From: Candidatus Omnitrophota bacterium
GTDB taxonomy: Bacteria; Omnitrophota; Gorgyraeia; Aquiviventales; Aquiviventaceae
Assembly: GCA_016193195.1 (NCBI GenBank)
Contig: JACPSQ010000035.1
Location: forward strand, 2,435-55,360
DNA length: 52,926 nt
Reading direction: 5' to 3'
The notes under the pieces were generated by a model. That model worked only from the letters and a program-made list of their open reading frames with translations, did not search any database and was not told the DNA's origin. The position numbers and the translations under genes are program-made. Below are positions 25,035 through 35,400 of the stretch, one piece after another. The number at the start of each line of letters is the position of its first letter. Position 1 is the stretch's first letter.

Positions 25035-26512
25035 TGGGCAAGGCGCTTGCCTACCTGCTGGCCTTTGGGGTCAACATGGCCGTGCCGGTGTTTGCCCTGC
25101 CCATCCTGACTCGATGGCTGAGCCCTGCGGACTACGGGGTCCTCGCGATCGGCCAGGTGGTCGCGCTGCTGTTTGCGGCCGTGGTGAACCTCGGGATCGG
25201 CACCGGATTTGAGCGGAACTTCTTCACGCACGAGCGCCACCCAGGGCAACTCGACAGCCTGCTGTACACCACCTCGGCATTTCTCATCGGCGGCCTCATT
25301 GCGTGGGGTGCTCTCCTCTATGCGGCCCGAGCGTGGCTCTCCCTGGTCCTCACAGGGTCTCGGTCGTTCGGCCTGGTGATGTGGATCCAGTGCCTGACGG
25401 TGGGCGTGGGGCTGCTGGGCCTGCTGCAATTGACCGGCTTTCGCAACGGTGGCCGGACCCGAGCGTATGTGGCCTACAGCGTTGGAGGCGTCGTCCTGGA
25501 ACACGCGCTGGCGATTGGTCTGGTGGTGGCGGGCCACATGGGTGTGCTTGGTGTCGTGGTGGGACAGTTGGGAGGGAAGCTCATCGTGTTGGGGCTCATG
25601 TGGCGGCAGGCGTTTTGCGGGCGTCGAGCCCGCCTTGACCCTTCCCTGGTGAGGCCGCTCCTGGCCATTGGCTGGCCGGTGTTGCCGAAGGCCTGCGTGG
25701 GGGTGGCCGAGATGCTCCTGGATCGCGTCCTGGTCAGATGGTTGGGCTCCCTCAGCCAGGTGGGGGTGTTTGGGCTGGCCCACGCGGCCGGCTACGCGGT
25801 GTTTTCCTTCCTGACCAGCCTCGAGCAGGCGTATATCCCGCAGGTGTATCGCTCCATGTTTCAAGCCGATCACGATGGCGGCAGGCGGATCGGCACGTAT
25901 CTGACGCCGTACCTGTACGGCTCCCTGGCCGTCCCGGTGCTCCTGGTCCTGTTTGCCGAGGAGGCGCTGCGGATCTTGGTGCCGCCGGCCTATTATGCGA
26001 TCAAGGATCCGCTCGCCCTCCTTGCGGTGTACTACGGCCAGATGGTGTTTGGCAAGATCGTCGGCGCGCAGCTGCTCTACCGCAAGAAGGTCTGGTACAC
26101 CATCCCGTTTGGTGTGGCGCGGGTCCTGGTCCACCTGGGGCTCGCCCTCCTGTGGATTCCCCGCCATGGGGCCTTCGGGGCTGCGGCTTCGCTGTGGGTG
26201 AGCGGGGTGCTCATGGAGTGGCTGGCGGTCGTCGTGGCCCAGCGGGAATATCCCATCCACTATGAACGTCGGGTGGTGCTGCCTCTCGTGGCCCTGTTGT
26301 ACGCCTCGATGGGCTGGGTCTTGCTGCCGCGGGTTGCGCCCCTGTCCTACGACGCCTTGCTGTGTGGCAAGATCGTGCTGCTGGGCGCGGTGGGGCTCAT
26401 CGGGATGCGATGGATTCCGCAGCTCCGCGAGTCACTTGGCAGGTTCCACCGGCAGCGGCATGGCCTGGCGGCGAGCCTTCCGCTCGCCGACGCGGTGGAA
26501 ACTCGAGCGTAA
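25031..26512 (+). CDS. wzx: Polysaccharide/oligosaccharide flippase, MOP superfamily (Wzx-like)
   Basis: 'LAYLLAFGVNMAVPVFALPILTRWLSPADYGVLAIGQVVALLFAAVVNLGIGTGFERNFF'. About 12-14 hydrophobic segments. ATGA overlap with the preceding gene. Confidence 0.8.
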   Translation: MMGKALAYLLAFGVNMAVPVFALPILTRWLSPADYGVLAIGQVVALLFAAVVNLGIGTGFERNFFTHERHPGQLDSLLYTTSAFLIGGLIAWGALLYAARAWLSLVLTGSRSFGLVMWIQCLTVGVGLLGLLQLTGFRNGGRTRAYVAYSVGGVVLEHALAIGLVVAGHMGVLGVVVGQLGGKLIVLGLMWRQAFCGRRARLDPSLVRPLLAIGWPVLPKACVGVAEMLLDRVLVRWLGSLSQVGVFGLAHAAGYAVFSFLTSLEQAYIPQVYRSMFQADHDGGRRIGTYLTPYLYGSLAVPVLLVLFAEEALRILVPPAYYAIKDPLALLAVYYGQMVFGKIVGAQLLYRKKVWYTIPFGVARVLVHLGLALLWIPRHGAFGAAASLWVSGVLMEWLAVVVAQREYPIHYERRVVLPLVALLYASMGWVLLPRVAPLSYDALLCGKIVLLGAVGLIGMRWIPQLRESLGRFHRQRHGLAASLPLADAVETRA

Positions 26513-26522
26513 CAGCAGGCGG

Positions 26523-27449
26523 ATGCCCGAGTTCTCGCATAAGCTGGCCTTTGTCATTCCGACCATGAACCGGCCGGGGCCGCTGCGGCGCCTGTTGCGC
26601 AGCCTCGAGGCACAGACGGTTCGGCCGCATCAGCTCATCTTGGTGGATGCCGGGGAGCAGCCGGTGGACGACGTCATCGGCGAGTTTCCGGCGCTGCGCA
26701 TCGACTATCGCCGCGTGCTGCCGCCGTCGCTCTCCAAGCAGCGCAACGTGGGCATGGCCGCGGTGGACCCCGCCATGACGCTGGCCGGCTATTTGGATGA
26801 CGACCTGGTCTTTGAGCCCAATGCGATGGACATGATGCTGCGGTTCTGGGAGGCGGCGGCGCCTGATGTGGGCGGCGCCAACTTCCACGTCACCAACGCC
26901 GAAGCCTACCGGCACCGCTGGGCGCTGACCTTCTTTGGCCTGGAGAGCGCCGAACGGGGGCTGCTCTTACCCTCCGGATTCCAGACCCCGCTGTGGCCGG
27001 TCGACGAGGCGCCGCGGGAAAGACAGTGGCTCTGCGGTGGGGCGACGGTGTGGCGCCGCGAGGTCATCGAGCGCTTTCGCTACGATGAGTGGTACATCGG
27101 CACCGGCTACCTGGAGGACGTTGACTACAGTTATCGCGTCAGCAAGGCGTACCGGCTGCTCCTCGTGCCGGACGCCCGCGTCTGGCATGACTTCCAGCCC
27201 ATCAAGACCGACCGCAATGAGCTCATGGGCATCTGGGAGATCATCAACCGGCTGTACTTCGTGAAGAAGCACCCGGAGTTCTCGCTCCTCCGGTGCTACT
27301 GGGCGCTCACCGGCCGCTTCCTGCTCAATCTTGGGATGGGTCTGCAGCGCGCCGACCGGGGGTATCTCTTGCGGGCGCGCGGCAACCTGACCGGCTTTGC
27401 CAGGGTGTTGGCCGGCCGGTTCGATACGTTAGGCGGCACTGTCAAATGA
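26523..27449 (+). CDS. Glycosyltransferase family 2
   Basis: I prefer ATG 26523 ('MPEFSHKLAFVIPTMNRPGPLRRLLRSLEAQTVRPHQLILVDAGE'). The ORF-track start 26262 lies inside wzx. Also 'YLDDDLVFEP', 'GGATVWRREV'. Confidence 0.85.
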   Translation: MPEFSHKLAFVIPTMNRPGPLRRLLRSLEAQTVRPHQLILVDAGEQPVDDVIGEFPALRIDYRRVLPPSLSKQRNVGMAAVDPAMTLAGYLDDDLVFEPNAMDMMLRFWEAAAPDVGGANFHVTNAEAYRHRWALTFFGLESAERGLLLPSGFQTPLWPVDEAPRERQWLCGGATVWRREVIERFRYDEWYIGTGYLEDVDYSYRVSKAYRLLLVPDARVWHDFQPIKTDRNELMGIWEIINRLYFVKKHPEFSLLRCYWALTGRFLLNLGMGLQRADRGYLLRARGNLTGFARVLAGRFDTLGGTVK

Positions 27450-28441
27450 TGCTGCCAAACCCAGAGCTCGTGCAGCAGCTCTTTCAGGCGTACTATGCGA
27501 CTGAGCCAGCCCGTCAGGAGGCCTACGTCTCATCCCATTGGGCCGACTACAGCGGCCAGTTCGACGTCATCATGGACTCCGAGGGCAGCATCCGCAAGTT
27601 GGTGGGCAGAGGGTTTGGGGGCATGACCACGCGCAATCCGCTGGAGGTCCTGGTTCAGTATGCCGGCCACCTCTCGTATCTCTCCTGGCTCCCGAATCGC
27701 CGGGAGATCCTGGCCTTGATGCGGGTCGCTCAACCGGTCTGCCTGGCGATGGGGTTTTTCCTCTCCTTCGATGCCTTCAGGCAATTGTGTGCCTTGGCGC
27801 TCATCCGAGGGTGGATGAGTCCTGCGGTGCGTGCAAAACGTTTAACCGTCCTGATGATCGGGGACGGGTACGGATTCCTCTCGTCCATGGTGAAGACCCT
27901 CTACCCCAGGGCAACGCTCGTGCTGGTGGATATCGGCCGAACCCTCTTGTTCCAGAGCATCTACTGTCAGCGGGCGCACCCGACCGCCAGGCATTACGGG
28001 ATGACTGGGGATCGGCTCAACGAGGCCGCAACGCTGGCCGACCACGATTTCATCTATTGTCCGACGGAATACCTCGATGCCGTGCGGCCCTTGCGCTACG
28101 ACCTCGCGGTGGCGATCGCCTCCCTGCAGGAAATGAACGCCGCGACCGTGGAGCGCTACTTTCGGTTCTTGAGGGACCGTCTGCACGAGGACCATCTCTT
28201 CTACTGCTGCAACCGGGAATCCAAGGTCCTGCGGGGAGGCGAGGTCTCGACGTTCGCCGGGTATCCGTGGGATCCGCGCGATCGCCACCTTGTGGATGAG
28301 CGTTGTCCGTGGTACCAGTATGCCTGTTCCTGGCGGACGTGCGGCCCGGGGCCTCGCCTCTTCGGTCTGAGGGTTCCGTTCATCAACGCCTTTGACGGGC
28401 CGTTTCGGCATCGTCTTTCGATCCTAGCTCGGAGGTCGTGA
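27446..28441 (+). CDS. Putative SAM-dependent (sugar O-) methyltransferase
   Basis: ATG 27446 makes an ATGA overlap with the GT2 stop. The class I motif-I-like stretch is 'LTVLMIGDGYGFLSSMVKTLYPRATLVLVDIG'. The remainder is not confidently assignable. Confidence 0.55.
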   Translation: MMLPNPELVQQLFQAYYATEPARQEAYVSSHWADYSGQFDVIMDSEGSIRKLVGRGFGGMTTRNPLEVLVQYAGHLSYLSWLPNRREILALMRVAQPVCLAMGFFLSFDAFRQLCALALIRGWMSPAVRAKRLTVLMIGDGYGFLSSMVKTLYPRATLVLVDIGRTLLFQSIYCQRAHPTARHYGMTGDRLNEAATLADHDFIYCPTEYLDAVRPLRYDLAVAIASLQEMNAATVERYFRFLRDRLHEDHLFYCCNRESKVLRGGEVSTFAGYPWDPRDRHLVDERCPWYQYACSWRTCGPGPRLFGLRVPFINAFDGPFRHRLSILARRS

Positions 28442-30291
28442 TGGGGTCTTCGGGATTGATGATCGGCTCCCGTCTCGTTGACGAGCAGCACCCGCTCCTC
28501 ATCGCCGAGATCGCCTCGGCGCACGACGGTCAGGTGGAGCAGGCCTGTGCGCTGGTCCGGGCGGCGGCCGATGGGGCAGGCGAGGCCGTCAAATTTCAAC
28601 TGGTGATCGCGGAGGAATTGCTCACGCCCTCCCACCCGGACTTCGAGATGTTCCATCGCCTGGAACTCAAGCTGCAGGACTGGCAGACAGTGGTGGGGGA
28701 AGCGCGCCAACGGGGATTGATCTCGAGTGCCGATGTGTTCGGGGAGCAGAGCCTTCGGCTCGCCCAAGACCTCGGGATCCAGCTGCTGAAGATCCCCTCG
28801 TCCAGCTTGACGGATCCGGTCCTGGTTCCCCTCGTGGCCTCGCGGGGTGTGCCCACCCTGCTCTCTGTTGCGGGGGCGACGGAGGAGGAAATCGCGTGGG
28901 TGGTTGAGCAATTCCGGCAGGCCGGGCATCGCGCGTTTGTCCTGATCCACGGCTTTCAAGGCTTTCCGACCCCGCTGGCGGCGACGCACCTCAACAGGCT
29001 GTCTTGGTTGCGTCAGCGCTTTGCATGCCCTGTGGGACTTTCCGATCACCTCCCGGCCGACACGGCGGTCGCGCGACACCTGCCGCTTGTCGCGGTGGGG
29101 TTGGGCGCATCGGTGATTGAGAAGCACCTGACGCAAAGCCGCAGCCGGCGAGGTCCTGACTGGGTGTCCGCGCTCGAACCGGCTGAATTTGGGCAGCTTC
29201 AGGAGGCGCTGCGACACATAAGTGCGGCGTTCGGTCCTGAGGAGGGAGCGTGCTGGATGGAGGGGGAAGCGCGGTACCGCCGGCAGATGCGTCGGCAGCT
29301 CGTGGCTGGGCGGACCCTTCAGGCCGGCGAGATCCTCACCGCCGACAAGATCACTCAACGTCGCGCCATCGCGCCGGGCAGCATGGATCCCTGGTTTTTC
29401 CCTCGGCGGGTGGCGGGCAAGACCTTGCGGCGGTCGTTGTCACCGGATGAGGCGATCACGTGGGACTCGCTGAGCGATCCCCTCGTGGCGGTCCTGATCG
29501 CCGTCCGCATGAAGTCGGCCCGGCTTCCTCGCAAGGCGCTGGCGGATCTTGCCGGAAAGCCCGTCATCGAACGATTGGTGGAGCGGATGAAAACCGCCCG
29601 CCATCCCCAGCGGCTGGTGCTCTGCACGTCCACCCATGCCGATGACCGGGTCTTGGTGGAGCTGGCCAGGCGGTTGGGGATCGAGTGGGTCTGCGGGGAG
29701 GAAGAGGATGTCATGGCGCGATTCCTCCGCGCCGCCGAACAGACGCAGGCCGAGCTCATCGTGCGCGTGACAGGGGATAACCCGCTGACGGACGCCGAGA
29801 CGATGGATCGGATGATCGTCAGCCACCTCGAGCGCGACGTGGAGTACACCTACACGGACGACCTCCCCTTCGGCACCCGCCCCGAGATCATCTCCGTGGA
29901 AGCCCTGCGGCGCGTCCAGGCCTTGGCGGAAGATCCTGGGCAGACCGAGTACATGACCGCCTACCTCAAGCAGCCCGAGGCCGTGAAGTCCTACCGGTAT
30001 GTCGTGCAGGACGCGCAGCTGGTTCGACCCCACTACCGGCTCACCCTGGACACCCCTGAGGATCTCGCAGTGTTGCAGCAGATCTACGCGCGGTTCGGCC
30101 CCGACGGATCAACCGTGTCGTTGCGGGAGGTGATTCGGCTGCTGGATCAATCGCCGGAGCTGGTGGCGATGAATGCCGCCGTGCAGCAGCGTCAGGTCGC
30201 CGGCGTGATCAATGCGCGTCTGCGGGCTCCACGCGCGCCTGCGGAGGCAGGCGTCGTGGACATTGCAGGAGGGGATGAGGATGCTCGGTAG
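28438..30291 (+). CDS. Fusion: NeuB/SpsE-like synthase with SAF domain + SpsF/PseF-type cytidylyltransferase
   Basis: 'PLLIAEIASAHDGQVEQACALVRAAADGAGEAVKFQLV', 'LLSVAGATEEEI', 'VGLSDHLPAD', 'VIEKHLTQ', and SAF 'QLVAGRTLQAGEILTADKI'. From about 29480: 'VAVLIAVRMKSARLPRKALADLAGKPVIERLV', 'VCGEEEDVMARFL', 'VRVTGDNPL', 'RLTLDTPEDL'. Confidence 0.85.
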   Translation: MMGSSGLMIGSRLVDEQHPLLIAEIASAHDGQVEQACALVRAAADGAGEAVKFQLVIAEELLTPSHPDFEMFHRLELKLQDWQTVVGEARQRGLISSADVFGEQSLRLAQDLGIQLLKIPSSSLTDPVLVPLVASRGVPTLLSVAGATEEEIAWVVEQFRQAGHRAFVLIHGFQGFPTPLAATHLNRLSWLRQRFACPVGLSDHLPADTAVARHLPLVAVGLGASVIEKHLTQSRSRRGPDWVSALEPAEFGQLQEALRHISAAFGPEEGACWMEGEARYRRQMRRQLVAGRTLQAGEILTADKITQRRAIAPGSMDPWFFPRRVAGKTLRRSLSPDEAITWDSLSDPLVAVLIAVRMKSARLPRKALADLAGKPVIERLVERMKTARHPQRLVLCTSTHADDRVLVELARRLGIEWVCGEEEDVMARFLRAAEQTQAELIVRVTGDNPLTDAETMDRMIVSHLERDVEYTYTDDLPFGTRPEIISVEALRRVQALAEDPGQTEYMTAYLKQPEAVKSYRYVVQDAQLVRPHYRLTLDTPEDLAVLQQIYARFGPDGSTVSLREVIRLLDQSPELVAMNAAVQQRQVAGVINARLRAPRAPAEAGVVDIAGGDEDAR

Positions 30292-31351
30292 GTATTATCA
30301 AGAAGTGGGATGGCTCAGGCGCAGGGTCGCCGCGGCGAGAGAGTTGTGGAAGCGCCGATTCGAGTGGCGGTTTCTCCTGTACCGGGCGAAGTTTCATTGG
30401 TCGCATCGGCTGGATCTGCCCAGCGCCTTTCCCGCCCACCTCGATATCGAGACCACCGACGCGTGCAATCTCCGTTGCATCATGTGCGTGCAGGGCATCG
30501 GGGAAGGAGTCAAGGATACCGGCATGATCGAGATGGACTTTGCGAAACGGCTCATTGATGAAGGGGCTCGCAATGGCCTCTACTCGATCAAGTTCAACTG
30601 GCGGGGCGAACCCGCCCTTCATTCGGGATTGGCGGAGCTGGTGCGCTATGCCAAAGCGCGGGGGATCCTGGAGGTGCAATTCAACACCAACGGGATTCCC
30701 TACACGGAGTCCAAAATCAGGGAGCTGGTGTTGTCCGGCCTTGATCGGGTGATCTTCTCCATGGATGGCGCGTCGAAGGACACGTATGAGCGCATCCGCG
30801 TGGGAAGCAGCTACGACAAGCTCGTCGAGAACGTGAAGTTCTTTCATGCCATCCGGGAGGCCCTGGGCCGGGAACGGCCGTTCATCCGCATTCAGATGGT
30901 TCGGATGAAAGCCAACCAGCACGAGGTCGACCAGTTCGTGGAGATGTGGAAGCCCTTCGTGGACGACATTCGGATTGAGGATGTGTCGGACCGCGGCCAA
31001 GGTGAGCAACTCTCCGTGGGGGACTGGGTCACGACAGGCCGGAAGCGCTGCCCGCAACCCTGGCAGCGCATGGTCGTCTCTCGAGATGGGAAGGTCCTGC
31101 CGTGCTGTGCGGACTGGCATCGCGAGTTCATCATCGGGGACGCGACCCAGGAATCCCTGAAGGCGATCTGGCGTGGCAAGCGGATGGAGATGATGCGCCA
31201 GGTGCAGCGGGAGGTCCGGTTGGATCAGGTCAGCCCCTGTCGCCAGTGCTACGTCAAGGAGAGTTTTGTGTGGAAGCGGCGTCCCACGCCGGCGGCGAGC
31301 GAGCCGCCCGAGACCCCGCAGCCGCATGAGGACGCCGACGTCACGGTGTAA
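30275..31351 (+). CDS. Radical SAM enzyme with a partial SPASM/Twitch-like C-terminal Cys domain
   Basis: The CX3CX2C motif is 'ETTDACNLRCIMCVQG'. 'IKFNWRGEPAL' is the GGEP-like element. The C-terminus reads 'CPQPWQRMVVSRDGKVLPCCADW...SPCRQCY'. Start is ATG 30275 or 30281, the latter after 'ggagggga'. It overlaps the upstream stop. Confidence 0.85.
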   Translation: MRMLGRYYQEVGWLRRRVAAARELWKRRFEWRFLLYRAKFHWSHRLDLPSAFPAHLDIETTDACNLRCIMCVQGIGEGVKDTGMIEMDFAKRLIDEGARNGLYSIKFNWRGEPALHSGLAELVRYAKARGILEVQFNTNGIPYTESKIRELVLSGLDRVIFSMDGASKDTYERIRVGSSYDKLVENVKFFHAIREALGRERPFIRIQMVRMKANQHEVDQFVEMWKPFVDDIRIEDVSDRGQGEQLSVGDWVTTGRKRCPQPWQRMVVSRDGKVLPCCADWHREFIIGDATQESLKAIWRGKRMEMMRQVQREVRLDQVSPCRQCYVKESFVWKRRPTPAASEPPETPQPHEDADVTV

Positions 31352-31355
31352 CCCG

Positions 31356-32492
31356 ATGCCGACGGTGAGGATTGGACAGAAGCTGATCGGCCCCGGCCAA
31401 CCGGTGTTCGTCATTGCGGAGGCCGGGTGTAATCACGGATGCAATCTCCAGGTGGCGAAACGGATGGTCCGTCAGGCGGCGTGGGCCGGGGTGGATGCGA
31501 TCAAATTCCAGACCTACAAAGCCGAGCTGCTGGCGACGCGGACCGCCCCGACGTACTGGAAGCGGACGCCGGGTGCCCCGCGAACCCAATTTGAATTCTT
31601 CAAGCAGTTGGATCATTTCGATCGTGCGGACTACGCGGCGTTGGCGGCGGAGTGCCGCCGCGCCGGTCTGCTCTTTTTATCGACGCCGTGGGATTTCCAC
31701 AGCGCGGATATGCTTGATGAGCTCGGGGTGCCGGCCTTCAAGATCGGTTCCGCCGATCTGACCTACCTGCCGCTCATCCGACACTGCGCTAGCAAGGGAA
31801 AGCCCATCCTGCTCTCAACCGGCGCGGCGACGATCGAAGAGATTGAGGAGGCGGTCCGGACGGTCCGAGCCGTCGGGAACCGCCAGGTGATCCTGTTACA
31901 CTGCATCCTGGCCTATCATACGCTGCCTCACGATGTGCATCTCGCGATGATCGGAGAGCTGCAGCGCCGGTTTCCGGACTATCCGGTGGGATTTTCGGAT
32001 CATACGATTGCGGATGAACACCTGACGATCCAGACCGCTGCGGTCGCGCTGGGGGCCTGCGTGGTTGAGAAGCACTATACCTTAAACAAGCGTGCCCCTG
32101 GAAACGACCACTGGCACTCCCTGGAGCCGCGTGAGTTCAGACAGATGATCGCTAACGCTCAGCTCGTGCAAGCGGCGATGGGGCGCAGTGGTCCACGGGT
32201 GCCGCTGCCGTGCGAGCGACCCGCGAGACGGTTTGCCCGTCGCAGTCTCGTGGCGCTGCATGACATCCCCAAAGGCTCCGTCATCACGGCCTCCGATCTG
32301 ACCTGCAAGCGGCCTGGGACCGGCATTTCACCAGGACAGCTCGACCGGGTGGTCGGAGCACGAGCCAAGCGAACGATTCTCGAGGACACGGTGATCACAT
32401 GGTCCATGGTGGATGGATGCCATCCCACACGCCTCCCGGTGCGTGGCGGGACATCTGAGGGAGCGAGGCGCCGTGAGCCCATTGCCGCTTGA
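31356..32492 (+). CDS. NeuB-family nonulosonic acid synthase with SAF domain
   Basis: I prefer ATG 31356 ('MPTVRIGQKLIGPGQPVFVIAEAGCNHGCNLQVAKRMVRQAAWAGVDAIKFQTY'). Also 'LLSTGAATIEEI', 'VGFSDHTIAD', 'VVEKHYTL', and SAF 'SLVALHDIPKGSVITASDLTCKRPG'. Confidence 0.85.
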   Translation: MPTVRIGQKLIGPGQPVFVIAEAGCNHGCNLQVAKRMVRQAAWAGVDAIKFQTYKAELLATRTAPTYWKRTPGAPRTQFEFFKQLDHFDRADYAALAAECRRAGLLFLSTPWDFHSADMLDELGVPAFKIGSADLTYLPLIRHCASKGKPILLSTGAATIEEIEEAVRTVRAVGNRQVILLHCILAYHTLPHDVHLAMIGELQRRFPDYPVGFSDHTIADEHLTIQTAAVALGACVVEKHYTLNKRAPGNDHWHSLEPREFRQMIANAQLVQAAMGRSGPRVPLPCERPARRFARRSLVALHDIPKGSVITASDLTCKRPGTGISPGQLDRVVGARAKRTILEDTVITWSMVDGCHPTRLPVRGGTSEGARRREPIAA

Positions 32493-35400
32493 GATCGATC
32501 CCCCGCACGTCACCATTCATCTCCAAGGCGGACGGCAGATCGGCATGGGGCATGTCGTCCGGATGCTCTGGCTGGCCCAGAGCCTCACGGCGCGGGGGCT
32601 GGCGGTGGAGATGCTCCTCCGAGGAGAGCCGGAAGCCGCCGCCATGATTCGGCAGGCGGGCTTCCCGGTGCAGGCCTATTCTGCCGGAGCGTCTGCCGTG
32701 GTCACGGTGGAGCGTTACCTCGACCAGCCGGGTCCGCAACCCTCGGTCTGGGTCAACGATTGTCTGACGGTGAGCCCCTCGGTGCACGCGGCGCTTCAGC
32801 GTCGAGCGATTCCCATCGTTTCGCTGGATGACGAGGGCCGAGGCCTGAGCCGTCTGGATCTTGTCGTCAATGCCATGCCCGCGTTCTGGCAAGAGGCGCT
32901 TCCCACAGGGGCGCAGATGTATCAAGGCCCCGAGTACATGATTCTCAATCCGCTGGTCAAGGTGTATCATGACCGGCCCAGACCAATCCGCACGCGGCCC
33001 AGCCAGGCCGTGGTGACGCTGGGGGGCAGCGATCCGCATGGGGTGATCTTCAACGTGCTCCGGGCTCTCGCGACCATGCCCTCCGCGCTTGAATGGCATG
33101 TGTTTGTCGGGCCGCTCTTTGCCCATCGTCGCGCGCTCGACCGGTGGCAGAAGCGCCTGGCTGGGCAGGTGTGTCTCCGCTGGCATGACGGGCAGTCCGA
33201 AGTGATCCCGACGTTTGCCCAAGCGGACGTGGCGATCTGCGCGAGCGGCCACACCCTCTTTGAAATGCTGAGTGTGGGCACGCCGGTCTTGGCAATCGCG
33301 AACGCCAGGCACGAAATCGTCAACGGCAGATATTTTGCCTCACTGGGTGCCTGCCATTTCCTTGGGCTGCATACCGCTGTGACCCCAGGTCGCATCGGGC
33401 AGGCGGTTCGTCAATTACTGGCGGATCCAACCCAGCGGGCGCGTCTCTCGCAGCGGGGCCAGTCCTACATCGATGGACGTGGGGCTGAGCGGGTGACGGA
33501 GCTGCTCGAACGTCTCGCCAGGCGTCCCGTGTCGGCCAGACGCGTGGTGGAGGCGGTGGAGCAACAGGCTCACGCGGCAGCTCCGACTGGACCGACGGCC
33601 CGGGAAGACGGACACCCCGGCGTGTTGCTGTGCGATCGGTTGGAGCCTCTGATGAGGCTCTCGAGGCGGCATGGGCTCTCGCAGGCGCGATTCATTGTGC
33701 TGTCAGAGACTTCGGAACACGCTGCCATCCGCGGATGGCTTCGTGAGCGGCTCGGGGCGGAGGAACTGCCCTATGTGGAATTGTCGCGGGCGCGCCGGCA
33801 GGCATTCCAGCCTCGGTATATCGAGTTCATTGGGCGGTTCAACCGGACGCACCGCTCGCCGTTTTGGTTGGCGATGCCGTTTACGGCCAAGAGCATGCTC
33901 TCAACGGGGTTGTGCCGCAATACGTTCCAGTTCCTCCTCATCGTGGAGTTGCTCCAGACCAGCGACCGGCCACTGATCGTGATCACTCATAACCGGACCA
34001 TGGCTGACCAGGTGGTGTTATGGGCACGGGTCCAGCCCCGATGGGTGTGCAATGCGGTCCGTGGCCGTTCGGTCCTGAAACGCCTCTTCAAACGTTTCAC
34101 CCCGCTGGCGATCCTTGTGGCGATGATTCGGACCTCGGTGGTGTGGGTCCTGAGCAGGCGATTCCGGCTGGACGGGGACCGGTGGCGTGATGCCACCATC
34201 GTGGTGACGACATTTCCGAATTCGTCCATCCAGCTTCCGGTCTACCGAGAAGCCTATTTTGGGTCCCTGCCGGCCTCCTTGACTCAACACGGCCAGCGGG
34301 TGGTGCTGTTTGCCTTGTATGCGGAGCGCGCGCTGTCGCACATCCTGGCGCTGCGCCGTGTCAGCCAAGGCCTGCCGGTGGTCCCGCAGGAGGCCTACCT
34401 GACCTGGCCAGATCTCTTGGCCTGTGGCGTTCGGGCCCTCATACAGTGGATGAAGCGGTTTCCGTATCGTGAGCCGGTGCAGATCGATGGGATCAGCGTG
34501 GACGTCTTGGTCGAGCGGGAAATCGCTGAGAGCTGCCAGTCGAGGAGCCTCTTCTGGCATTTGTGCATCGCCGCGGCGGCTCGACGGCTGGGTCAGCGCC
34601 TTGCCCCTGCCAGGTGCTTGTATCCGTTCGAGAACCGCGCGTGGGAGAAAATGTTCCTGATCGGCCTGCGGGAAGCCTCGCCCCATACCGAGACGATTGG
34701 CTATCAACATACCGTCTTTACCTTCGCGCATACGAACCTGTTCTTCGGGGAAGGCGAGGCGAGACTCACGCCGCTCCCCAATTGCATTCTCACGGCTGGA
34801 GAGGTCACGAAGCAGCGTCTTGAAGAGCATGGTCGGTATCCGGACGGTTTGTTGAGGCTGGGGTGTGCCTTGTATCAACGGCAACCGCAATCGCTGGAGC
34901 GCCGGACGTCCCGTCCGGTTCAGCTCACGAATCTCTTGGTCGCGCTCAGCAACGACCGAGAGGAGTATGTCCGCGTGTTGCAGTTTTTGCGGGAAGCGCT
35001 GGCGGACCTCCACGGCTATCAGATTCGGCTCCGCCCGAACCCGGGGCTTGGCGTCCGGCTCCTGGAGGAGGCCCTGGCGACGGTCCGCCACCCCGCAGGG
35101 GGCCGCTACGATGTCAGCCGGACATCCTTGCCTGAAGACCTGCGCTGGGCTCACGTCGTGCTCTACGCCTCCTCCTCGGTCGCCCTCGCTGCGCTCAGCC
35201 ATGGGATCCCGGTCATCTTTGTGGATGTCGGGAAATTCCTCGATCCTGATCCGTGCCTGGCGATGCACGATCTCAAGTGGGCGGTGGACGAGCCTTCAGC
35301 GTTGCATCCGACCCTCCGCCGGATCGCGGCCCTCCCCGATGAGATGTTTGAGCTCCAACAACGGCGCGCCCTCGCGTATGTTGAGCGCTATTTCCCTGCG

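Noticed and set aside
26262-26522. N-terminal extensions suggested by the ORF track, e.g. 26262, 156, 7473, 16162, 27293, 31266, 39020, 42367, 43855 and 48994.
   Set aside because: The extensions run through the preceding gene in another frame and give low-complexity Arg/Gly-rich sequence. Internal ATG/GTG codons placed at or overlapping the upstream stop give N-termini typical of each family.
30212-31414. Search for a RiPP-type precursor peptide next to the SPASM/Twitch-like radical SAM gene, and likewise next to the B12 radical SAM gene at 10718.
   Set aside because: Both genes are flanked within a few nucleotides by sugar-pathway genes. No free-standing small ORF with a plausible start exists there, so a glycan context is far more likely.
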